Shown piece after piece: positions 12,991-24,700 of a stretch of 64,000 bases of DNA. Made by a program: the position numbers and the translations under genes. Under the pieces are notes generated by a model. That model made no database searches, was not told the origin of the DNA, and worked only from the letters and a program-made list of their open reading frames with translations. Location: positions 77,252,001 to 77,316,000 of the forward strand of contig OZ024740.1 of the NCBI GenBank assembly GCA_964016885.1, read 5' to 3'. Source of the DNA: Eledone cirrhosa. Taxonomy: Eukaryota. The stretch's first letter is position 1. Each line of letters starts with the position of its first letter.

Positions 12991-15900
12991 TGCTGTTGAT
13001 GTTGATGTTGGTGTTGTTAGCGATGGTATTGGAGTTTTCGTTGGTGTTGGTGTTGGGACTGGAGTGCTGTTGATGTTGATGTTGGTGTTGTTAGCGATGG
13101 TATGGGAGTTGGTGTTGGTTTTGGTGTTGGGGCTGGAGTGTTGTTGATGTTGATGTTGTTGTTGTTAGCGATGGTATTGGAGTTTTCGTTGGTGTTGGTG
13201 TTGGGGCTGGAGTGCTGTTGATGTTGATGTTGGTGTTGTTAGCGATGGTATTGGAGTTGGCGTTGGTGGTGGTGTTGGTGGTGGGGTTGGAGTGCTGTTG
13301 ATGTTGATGTTGGTGTTGTTAGAGATGGTATGGGAGTTGGTGTTGGTTTTGGTGTTGGGGCTGGAGTGTTGTTGATGTTGATGTTGTTGTTGTTAGCGAT
13401 GGTATTGGAGTTTTCGTTGGTGTTGGTGTTGGGGCTGGAGTGCTGTTGATGTTGATGTTGGTGTTGTTAGCGATGGTATTGGAGTTGGCGTTGGTGTTGG
13501 TGTTGGTGGTGGGGTTGGAGTGCTGTTGATGTTAATGTTGGTGTTGTTAGCGATGGTATAGGAGTTGGTATTGGTGGTGGGGTTGGAGTGCTGTTGATGT
13601 TGATGTTGGTGTTGTTAGCGATGGTATGGGAGTTGGTGTTGGAGTTGGTGGTGGGGCTGGAGTGCTGTTGATGTTGATGTTGGTGTTGTTAGCGATGGTA
13701 TTGGAGTTGGTGTTGGTGTTGTGGGTGGGGCTGGAGTGCTGTTGATGTTGATATTGGTGTTGTTAGCGATGGTATTGGAGTTGGCATTGGTTTTGGTGGT
13801 GGGGCTGGAGTGCTGTTGATGTTGATGTTGGCGTTGTTAGCGATGGTATTGGAGTTGGCGTTGGTGTTGGTGTTGGTGGTGGGGTTGGAGTGCTGTTGAT
13901 GTTGATGTTGGAGTTGTTAGCGATGGTATTGGAGCTGGCGTTGGTGTTGGTGGTGGGGCTGGAGTGCTGTTGATGTTGATGTTGGTGTTGTTAGCGATGG
14001 TATTGGAGTTGTCGTTGGTGTTAGTGTTTATGGTGGGGCTGGAGTGCTGTTGATGTTGATGTTGGTGTTGTTAGCGATGGTATTGGAGTTGGCATTGGTG
14101 TTGGTGGTGGGGCTGGAGTGCTGTTGATGTTGATGTTGGTGTTGTTAGCGATGGTATTGGAGTTGGCATTGGTGTTGGTGTTGGTGGTGGGGTTGGAGTG
14201 CTGTTGATGTTGATGTTGGTGTTGTTAGCGATGGTATTGGAGTTGGGGTTGGTGTTGGTGTTGGTGGTGGGGTTGGAGTGCTGTTGATGTTGATGTTGGT
14301 GTTGTTAGCGATGGTATTGGAGTTGGGGTTGGTGTTGGTGGTGGGGTTGGAGTGCTCTTGATGTTCATGTTGGTGTTGTCAGCGATGGTATTGGAGTTGG
14401 TGTTGGTGTTGGTGGTGGGGCTGGAGTGCTGTTGATGTTGATGTTTGTGTTGTTAGCGATGGTATTGGTGTTGGTGTTGGTGTTGGTGGTGGGGCTGGAG
14501 TGCTGTTGATGTTGATGTTGGTGTTGTTAGCGATGGTATTGGTGTTGGTGTTGGTGGTGGGGCTGGAGTACTGTTGATGTTGTTGTTGGTGTTGTTAGCG
14601 ATGGTATTGGAGTTGGCGTTGGTGTTGGTGTTGGTGGTGGGGTTGGAGTGCTGTTGATGTTGATGTTGGAGTTGTTAGCGATGGTATTGGAGCTGGCGTT
14701 GGTGTTGGTTGTGGGGTTGGAGTGCTGTTGATGTTGATGTTGGAGTTGTCAGCGATGGTATTGGAGTTGGTGTTGGTGTTCGTGGTGGGGCTGGAATGCT
14801 GTTTATGTTGATGTTGGTGTTGTTAGCGATGGTACTGGAGTTGGCATTGGTGTTGGTGGTGGGGCTGGAGTGTTGTTGATGTTGATGTTGATGTTGTTAG
14901 CGATGGTATGGATGTAGGCGTTGGTGTTGGTGGTGGGGCTGGAGTGCTGTTGATGTTGATGTTTGTGTTGTTAGCGATGGTATTGGTGTTGGTGTTGGTG
15001 TTGGTGATGGCGCTGGAGTGCTGTTGATGTTGATGTTGGTGTTGTTAGCGATGGTATGGGAGTTGGTTTTGGTTTTGGTGTTGGTGGTGGGGTTGGAGTG
15101 CTGTTGATGTTGATGTTGGTGTTCTTAGCGATGGTATTGGAGTTGGTGTTGGTGTTGGTGATGGGATGGAGTGCTGTTGATGTTGATGTTGGTGTTGTTA
15201 GCGACGGTATGGGAGTTGGTGTTGGTGTTGGGGCTGGAGTGCTGTTGATATTGATGTTGGTGTTGTTAGCGATGGTATTGGAGTTGGAGTTGGTGTTGGT
15301 GTTGGTGGTGGGGTTGCAGTGCTGTTGATGTTGATGTTGGTGTTGTTAGCGATGGTTTTGGAGTAGGCGTTGGTGTTGGTGTTGGTGGTGGGGTTGGAGT
15401 GCTGTTGATGTTGATGTTGGTGTTGTTAGCGATGGTATTGGAGTTGGCGTTGGTGTTGGTGTTGGGGCTTGAGTGCTGTTGATGTTGATATTGGTGTTGT
15501 TAGCGATGGTATTGGAGTTGGCGTTGGTGTTGGTGTTGGTGGTGGGGTTGGAGTGCTGTTGATGTTGATGTTGGTGTTGTTAGAGATGGTATTGGAGTTG
15601 GGGTTGGTGTTGGTGTTGGTGGTGGGGTTGGAGTGCTGTTGATGTTGATGTTGGTGTTGTTAGCGATGGTATTGGAGTTGGCGTTGGTGTTGGTGTTGGG
15701 GCTTGAGTGCTGTTGATGTTGATATTGGTGTTGTTAGCGATGGTATTGGAGTTGGCGTTGGTGTTGGTGTTGGTGGTGGGGTTGGAGTGTTGTTGATATT
15801 GATGTTGGTGTTGTTAGCGATGGTATTGGAGTTTGTGTTGGTGTTGGTGGTGGGGCTGGAGTAGTGTTGATGTTGATATTGGTGTTGTTAGCGATGGTAT

Positions 15901-16600
15901 TGGAGTTGGCGTTGGTGTTGGTGGTGGGGCTGGAGTAGTGTTGATGTTGATGTTGGTGTTGTTAGCGATGGTTTTGGAGTTGGCGTTGGTGTTGGTGTTG
16001 GGGCTGGAGTGCTGTTGATGTTGATGTTGGTGTTGTTAGCGATGGTATTGGAGTTGGTGTTGGTGTTGGTGGTGGGGCTGGAGTGCTGTTGATGTTGATG
16101 TTGGTGTTGTTAGCGATGGTATTGGAGTTGGTGTTGATGTTGGTGGTGGGGCTGGAGTGTTGCTGATATTGATGTTGGTGTTGTTAGCGATGGTATAGGA
16201 GTTTGCGTTGGTGTTGGGGCTGGAGTGCTGTTGATGTTGATGTTGGTGTTGTTAGCGATGGTATTGGAGTTGGCGTTGGTGTTGGTGGTGGGGCTGGAGT
16301 GTTGCTGATGTTGATGTTGGTGTTGTTAGCGATGGTATTGGTGTTGGCGTTGGTGTTGGTGGTGGGGCTGGAGTGCTGTTGATGTCGATGTTGGTGTTGT
16401 TAGCGATGGTATTGGAGTTGGTGTTGGTGGTGGGGATGGAGTGCTGTCGATGTTGATGTTGGTGTTGTTAGCGATGGTGTTGGAGTTGGTGTTGGTGTTG
16501 GTGGTGAGGCTGGAGTGCTGTTGATATTGATGTTGGTGTTGTTAGCGATGGTATTGGAGTTGGCGTTGGTGTTGGTGGTGGGGCTGGAGTGTTGTTGATG
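12991..16600. repeat. Diverged, largely monomeric satellite zone with only short local duplications
   Basis: Many private variants are not repeated at kb scale. Short local repeats exist, e.g. TATGGGAGTTGGTGTTGGTTTT at 13101 and 13329 (228 bp, three monomers) and GGGCTTGAG at ~15475 and ~15699+. Confidence 0.7.
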
Positions 16601-18769
16601 TTGATTTTGGTGTTGTTAGCGATGGTATTGGAGTTGGCGTTGGTGTTGGTGGTGGGGCGGGAGTGCTGTGATGTTGGTGTTGTTAGCGATGGTATTGGAG
16701 TTGGCGTTGGTGTTGGTGTTGGTGGTGGGGTTGGAGTGCTGTGATGTTGATGTTGGTGTTGTTAGCGATGGTATTGGAGTTGGCGTTGGTGTTGGTGGTG
16801 GGGCTGGAGAACTGTGATGTTGATGTTGGTGTTGTTAGCGATGGTATTGGAGTTGGCGTTGGTGTTGGTGGTGGGGCGGGAGTGCTGTGATGTTGATGTT
16901 GGTGTTGTTAGCGATGGTATTGTAGTTGACGTTGGTGTTGGTGTTGGTGGTGGGGCTGGAGTGCTGTTGATGTTGATGTTGGTGTTGTTAGCGATGGTAT
17001 GGGAGTTGGCGTTGGTGTTGGTGGTGGGGCTAGAGTGTTGCTGACGTTGATGTTGGTGTTGTTAGCGATGGTATTGGAGTTGGCTTTGGCGTTGGTGTTG
17101 GTGTTGGTGGTGGGGCTGGAGTGCTGTTGATGTTGATTTTGGTGTTGTTAGCGATGGTATGGGAGTTGGCGTTGGTGTTGGTGGTGGGGCTAGAGTGTTG
17201 CTGACGTTGATGTTGGTGTTGTTAGCGATGGTATTGGAGTTGGTGTTGGTGTTGGTGGTGGGGCTGGAGTGCTGTTGATGTTGATGTTGGTGTTGTTAGC
17301 GATGGTGTTGCTGTTGGTGTTGGTGGTGGGGCTGGAGTGCTGTTGATGTTGATGTTGGTGTTGTTAGCGATGGTATTGGAATTGGCGTTGATGTTGGTGG
17401 TGGGGCTGGAGTGCTGTTGATGTTGATTTTGGTGTTGTTAGCGATGGTATTGGAGGTGGAGTTGGTGTTGGTGGTGGGGCTGGAGTGCTGTTGATGTTGA
17501 TTTTGGTGTTGTTAGCGATGGTATTGGAGTTGGCGTTGGTGTTGGTGGTGGGGCTGGTGTGCTGTTGATGTTGATGTTGGTGTTGTTAGCGATGGTATTG
17601 GAGTTGGCGTTGGTGTTGGTGGTGGGGCTGGAGTGCTGTTGATGTTGATGTTGGTGTTGTTAGCGATGGTATTGGAGTTGGCGTTGGTGTTGGTGGTGGG
17701 GCTGGTGTGCTGTTGATGTTGATGTTGGTGTTGTTAGCGATGGTATTGGAGTTGGCGTTGGTGTTGGTGGTGGGGCTGGAGTGCTGTTGATGTTGATGTT
17801 GGTGTTGTTAGCGATGGTATTGGAGTTGGCGTTGGTGTTGGTGGTGCGGCTGGAGTGCTGTTGATATTGATGTTGGTGTTGTTAGCGATGGTATTGGAGT
17901 TGGCGTTGGTGTTGGGGCTGGAGTGCTGTTGATGTTGATGTTGGTGTTGTTAGCGATGGTATTGGAGTTGGCGTTGGTGTTGGTGGTGGGGCGGGAGTGT
18001 TGTTGATGTTGATGTTGGTGTTGTTAGCGATGGTATTGGTGTTGGCGTTGGTGTTGGGGCTGGAGTGCTGTTGATGTTGATGTTGGTGTTGTTAGCGATG
18101 GTATTGGAGTTGGCGTTGGTGTTGGTGGTGGGGCTGGAGTGTTGCTGATGTTGATGTTGGTGTTGTTAGCGATGGTATTGGTGTTGGCGTTGGTGTTGGG
18201 GCTGGAGTGCTGTTGATGTTGATGTTGGTGTTGTTAGCGAAGGTATTGGAGTTGGCGTTGGTGTTGGTCGTGGGGCTGGAGTGTTGCTGATGTTGATGTT
18301 GGTGTTGTTAGCGATGGTATTGGTGTTGGCGTTGGTGTTGGTGGTGGGGCTGGAGTGCTGTTGATGTCGATGTTGGTGTTGTTAGCGATGGTATTGGAGT
18401 TGGTGTTGGTGGTGGGGATGGAGTGCTGTCGATGTTGATGTTGGTGTTGTTAGCGATGGTATTGGAGGTGGCGTTGGTGTTGGTGGTGGGGCTGGAGTGT
18501 TGCTGATGTTGATGTTGGTGTTGTTAGCGATGGTATTGGTGTTGGCGTTGGTGTTGGTGGTGGGGCTGGAGTGCTGTTGATGTCGATGTTGGTGTTGTTA
18601 GCGATGGTATTGGAGTTGGTGTTGGTGGTGGGGCTGGAGTGCTGTTGATGTCGATGTTGGTGTTGTTAGCGATGGTATTGGAGTTGGTGTCGTATTGGTG
18701 GTGGTCGCGGTGCTGGAGCGCTGTTGATGTTGATGTTGGTGTAGTTAGCCATGGTATTGAAGTTGGCGT

Positions 18770-21700
18770 TGGTGTTGGTGGTGGGGCTGGAGTGCTGTTG
18801 ATGTTGATGTTGGTGTTGTTAGCGATGGTGTTGGAGTTGGTGTTGGTGTTGGTAGTGGGGCGGGAGTGCTGTGATGTTGATGTTGGTGTTGTTAGCGATG
18901 GTATTGTAGTTGACGTTGGTGTTGGTGTTGGTGGTGGGGCGGGAGTGCTGTGATGTTGGTGTTGTTAGCGATGGTATTGGAGTTGGCGTTGGTGTTGGTG
19001 GTGGGGCGGGAGTGCTGTGATGTTGATGTTGGTGTTGTTAGCGATGGTATTGTAGTTGACGTTGGTGTTGGTGGTGGGGCGGGAGTGCTGTGATGTTGAT
19101 GTTGGTGTTGTTAGCGATGGTATTGTAGTTGACGTTGGTGTTGGTGTTGGTGGTGGGGCGGGAGTGCTGTGATGTTGGTGTTGTTAGCGATGGTATTGGA
19201 GTTGGTGTTGGTGGTGGGGCTGGAGTGCTGTTGATGTTGATGTTGGTGTTGTTAGCGATGATATTGGAGTTGGCTTTGGTGGTGGGGCTGGAGTGCTGTT
19301 GATGTTGATGTTGGTGTTGTTAGCGATGGTATTGGATGTGGCGTTGGTGTTGGTGGTGGGGCTGGAGTGCTGTTGATGTTGATTTTGGTGTTGTTAGCGA
19401 TGGTATTGGAGGTGGCGTTGGTGTTGGTGGTGGGGCTGGAGGGCTGTTGATGTTGATGTTGGTGTTGTTAGCGATGGTATTGGAGGTGGAGTTGGTGTTG
19501 GTGGTGGGGCTGGAGTGCTGTTGATGTTGATTTTGGTGTTGTTAGCGATGGTATTGGAGGTGGCGTTGGTGTTGGTGGTGGGGCTGGAATGCTGTTTATG
19601 TTGATGTTGGTGTTGTTAGCGATGGTATTGGAGTTGGCGTTGGTGTTGGTGGTGGGGCTGGAGTGCTGTTGATGTTGATGTTGGTGTTGTTAGCGATGGT
19701 ATTGGAGTTGGCGTTGGTGTTGGTGGTGCGGCTGGAGTGCTGTTGATGTTGATGTTGGTGTTGTTAGAGATGGTATTGGAGTTGGTGTTGGTGTTGGTGG
19801 TGGGGCTGGAGTGCTGTTGATGTTGATGTTGGTGTTGTTAGCGATGGTATTGGAGTTGGCGTTGATGTTGGTGGTGGGGCTGGAGTGCTGTTGATGTTGA
19901 TGTTGGTGTTGTTAGCGATGGTATTGGAGTTGGCGTTGGTGTTGGTGGTGCGGCTGGAGTGCTGTTGATGTTGATGTTGGTGTCGTTAGCGATGGTATTG
20001 GAGTTGGCGTTGATGTTGGTGGTGGGGCTGGAGTGCTGTTGATGTTGATGTTGGTGTTGTTAGCGATGGTATTGAAGGTGGCGTTGGTGTTGGTGGTGGG
20101 GCTGGAGTGCTGTTGATGTTGGTGTTGGTGTTGTTAGCGATGGTATTGGAGTTGGTGTCGTATTGGTGGTGGTCGCGGTGCTGGAGCGCTGTTGATGTTG
20201 ATGTTGGTGTTGTTAGCGATGGTGTTGGAGTTGGCGTTGGTGTTGGTGTTGGTGGTGGGGCTGGAGTGCTGTTGATGTTGATGTTGGTGTTGTTAGCGAT
20301 GGTATTGGAGTTGGTGTTGGTGGTGGGGCTGGAGTGCTGTTGATGTTGATGTTGGTGTTGTTAGCGATGATATTGGAGTTGGCTTTGGCGTTGGTGTTGG
20401 TGGTGGGGCTGGAGTGCTGTTGATGTTGATGTTGGTGTTGTTAGCGATGGTATTGGAGGTGGCGTTGGTGTTGGTGGTGGGGCTGGAGTGCTGTTGATGT
20501 TGATTTTGGTGTTGTTAGCGATGGTATTGGAATTGGCGTTGATGTTGGTGGTGGGGCTGGAGTGCTGTTGATGTTGATTTTGGTGTTGTTAGCGATGGTA
20601 TTGGAGTTGGCGTTGGTGTTGGTGGTGGGGCTGGTGTGCTGTTGATGTTGATGTTGGTGTTGTTAGCGATGGTATTGGAGTTGGCGTTGGTGTTGGTGGT
20701 GGGGCTGGAGTGCTGTTGATGTTGATGTTGGTGTTGTTAGCGATGGTATTGGAGTTGGTGTTGGTGGTGGGGCTGGAGTGCTGTTGATGTTGATGTTGGT
20801 GTTGTTAGCGATGGTATTGGAGGTGGCGTTGGTGTTAGTGGTGGGGCTGGAGTGCTGTTGATGTTGATGTTGGTGTTGTTAGCGATGGTATTGGAGGTGG
20901 CGTTGGTGTTTGTGGTGGGGCTGGAGTGCTGTTGATGTTGATTTTGGTGTTGTTAGCGATGGTATTGGAATTGGCGTTGATGTTGGTGGTGGGGCTGGAG
21001 TGCTGTTGATGTTGATTTTGGTGTTGTTAGCGATGGTATTGGAGTTGGCGTTGGTGTTGGTGGTGGGGCTGGTGTGCTGTTGATGTTGATGTTGGTGTTG
21101 TTAGCGATGGTATTGGAGTTGGCGTTGGTGTTGGTGGTGGGGCTGGAGTGCTGTTGATGTTGATGTTGGTGTTGTTAGCGATGGTATTGGAGTTGGCGTT
21201 GGTGTTGGTGGTGGTGCTGGAGTGCTGTTGATGTTGGTGTTGTTAGCGATGGTATTGGAGTTGGCGTTGGTGTTGGTGGTGGGGCTGGAGTGCTGTTGAT
21301 GTTGATGTTGGTGTTGTTAGCGATGGTATTGGAGGTGGCGTTGGTGTTGGTGGTGGGGCTGGAGTGCTGTTGATGTTGACTTTGGTGTTGTTAGCGATGG
21401 TATTGGAGTTGGCGTTGATGTTGGTGGTGGGGCTGGAGTGCTGTTGATGTTGATGTTGGTGTTGTTAGCGATGGTATTGGAGTTGGCGTTGATGTTGGTG
21501 GTGGGGCTGGAGTGCTGTTGATGTTGGTGTTGGTGTTGTTAGCGATGGTATTGGAGTTGGCGTTGGTGTTGGTGGTGGGGCTGGAGTGCTGTTGATGTTG
21601 ATTTTGGTGTTGTTAGCGATGGTATTGGAGGTGTAGTTGGTGTTGGTGGTGGGGCTGGAGTGCTGTTGATGTTGATTTTGGTGTTGTTAGCGATGGTATT

Positions 21701-24700
21701 GGAGTTGGCGTTGATGTTGGTGGTGGGGCTGGAGTGCTGTTGATGTCGATGTTGGTGTTGTTAGCTATGGTATTGGAGTTGGCGTTGGTGTTGGTGGTGG
21801 GGCTGGAGTGCTGTTGATGTCGATGTTGGTGTTGTTAGCAATGGTATTGGAGTTGGCGTTGGTGTTGGTGGTGGGGCTGTAGTGCTGTTGATGTTGATTT
21901 TGGTGTTGTTAGCGATGGTATTGGAGTTGGCGTTGGTGTTGGTGTTGGTGGTGAGGCTGGAGTGCTGTTGATGTTGATGTTGGTGTTGTTAGCGATGGTA
22001 TTGGAGGTGGCGTTGGTGTTGGTGTTGGTGGTGGGGCTGGAGTGCTGTTGATGTTGAAGTTGGTGTTGTTAGCGATGGTATTGGAGGTGGCGTTGGTGTT
22101 GGTGGTGGGGCTGGAGTGCTGTTGATGTTGATGTTGGTGTTGTTAGCGATGGTATTGGAGGTGGCGTTGGTGTTGGTGGTGGGCCTGGAGTGCTGTTGAT
22201 GTTGATGTTGGTGTTGTTAGCGATGGTATGGGAGTTGGCGTTGGTGTTGGTGGTGGGGCTAGAGTGTTGCTGACGTTGATGTTGGTGTTGTTAGCGATGG
22301 TATTGGAGTTGGCTTTGGCGTTGGTGTTGGTGTTGGTGGTGGGGCTGGAGTGCTGTTGATGTTGATTTTGGTGTTGTTAGCGATGGTATGGGAGTTGGCG
22401 TTGGTGTTGGTGGTGGGGCTAGAGTGTTGCTGACGTTGATGTTGGTGTTGTTAGCGATGGTATTGGAGTTGGTGTTGGTGTTGGTGGTGGGGCTGGAGTG
22501 CTGTTGATGTTGATGTTGGTGTTGTTAGCGATGGTTTTGCTGTTGGTGTTGGTGGTGGGGCTGGAGTGCTGTTGATGTTGATGTTGGTGTTGTTAGCGAT
22601 GGTATTGGAATTGGCGTTGATGTTGGTGGTGGGGCTGGAGTGCTGTTGATGTTGATTTTGGTGTTGTTAGCGATGGTATTGGAGGTGGAGTTGGTGTTGG
22701 TGGTGGGGCTGGAGTGCTGTTGATGTTGATTTTGGTGTTGTTAGCGATGGTATTGGAGTTGGCGTTGGTGTTGGTGGTGGGGCTGGTGTGCTGTTGATGT
22801 TGATGTTGGTGTTGTTAGCGATGGTATTGGAGTTGGCGTTGGTGTTGGTGGTGGGGCGGGAGTGTTGTTGATGTTGATGTTGGTGTTGTTAGCGATGGTA
22901 TTGGTGTTGGCGTTGGTGTTGGGGCTGGAGTGCTGTTGATGTTGATGTTGGTGTTGTTAGCGATGGTATTGGAGTTGGCGTTGGTGTTGGTGGTGGGGCT
23001 GGAGTGTTGCTGATGTTGATGTTGGTGTTGTTAGCGATGGTATTGGTGTTGGCGTTGGTGTTGGGGCTGGAGTGCTGTTGATGTTGATGTTGGTGTTGTT
23101 AGCGAAGGTATTGGAGTTGGCGTTGGTGTTGGTGGTGGGGCTGGAGTGTTGCTGATGTTGATGTTGGTGTTGTTAGCGATGGTATTGGTGTTGGCGTTGG
23201 TGTTGGTGGTGGGGCGGGAGTGCTGTGATGTTGGTGTTGTTAGCGATGGTATTGGAGTTGGCGTTGGTGTTGGTGGTGGGGCGGGAGTGCTGTGATGTTG
23301 ATGTTGGTGTTGTTAGCGATGGTATTGTAGTTGACGTTGGTGTTGGTGGTGGGGCTGGAGTGCTGTTGATGTTGATGTTGGTGTTGTTAGCGATGATATT
23401 GGAGTTGGCTTTGGTGGTGGAGCTGGAGTGCTGTTGATGTTGATGTTGGTGTTGTTAGCGATGGTATTGGATGTGGCGTTGGTGTTGGTGGTGGGGCTGG
23501 AGTGCTGTTGATGTTGATATTGGTGTTGTTAGCGATGGTATTGGAGGTGGAGTTGGTGTTGGTGGTGGGGCTGGAGTGCTGTTGATGTTGATTTTGGTGT
23601 TGTTAGCGATGGTATTGGAGGTGGCGTTGGTGTTGGTGGTGGGGCTGGAATGCTGTTTATGTTGATGTTGGTGTTGTTAGCGATGGTATTAGAGTTGGCG
23701 TTGGTGTTGGTGGTGGGGCTGGAGTGCTGTTGATGTTGATGTTGGTGTTGTTAGCGATGGTATTGGAGTTGGCGTTGGTGTTGGTGGTGCGGCTGGAGTG
23801 CTGTTGATGTTGATGTTGGTGTTGTTAGAGATGGTATTGGAGTTGGTGTTGGTGTTGGTGGTGGGGCTGGAGTGCTGTTGATGTTGATGTTGGTGTTGTT
23901 AGCGATGGTATTGGAGTTGGCGTTGATGTTGGTGGTGGGGCTGGAGTGCTGTTGATGTTGATGTTGGTGTTGTTAGCGATGGTATTGGAGTTGGCGTTGG
24001 TGTTGGTGGTGCGGCTGGAGTGCTGTTGATGTTGATGTTGGTGTTGTTAGCGATGGTATTGGAGTTGGCGTTGATGTTGGTGGTGGGGCTGGAGTGCTGT
24101 TGATGTTGATGTTGGTGTTGTTAGCGATGGTATTGAAGGTGGCGTTGGTGTTGGTGGTGGGGCTGGAGTGCTGTTGATGTTGGTGTTGGTGTTGTTAGCG
24201 ATGGTATTGGAGTTGGTGTCGTATTGGTGGTGGTCGCGGTGCTGGAGCGCTGTTGATGTTGATGTTGGTGTTGTTAGCGATGGTGTTGGAGTTGGCGTTG
24301 GTGTTGGTGTTGGTGGTGGGGCTGGAGTGCTGTTGATGTTGATGTTGGTGTTGTTAGCGATGGTATTGGAGTTGGTGTTGGTGGTGGGGCTGGAGTGCTG
24401 TTGATGTTGATGTTGGTGTTGTTAGCGATGATATTGGAGTTGGCTTTGGTGTTGGTGGTGGGGCTGGAGTGCTGTTGATGTTGATGTTGGTGTTGTTAGC
24501 GATGGTATTGGAGTTGGCGTTGGTGTTGGTGGTGGGGCTGGAGTGCTGTTGATGTTGATGTTGGTGTTGTTAGCGATGGTATTGGAGTTGGTGTTGGTGG
24601 TGGGGCTGGAGTGCTGTTGATGTTGATGTTGGTGTTGTTAGCGATGGTATTGGAGGTGGCGTTGGTGTTGGTGGTGGGGCTGGAGTGCTGTTGATGTTGA

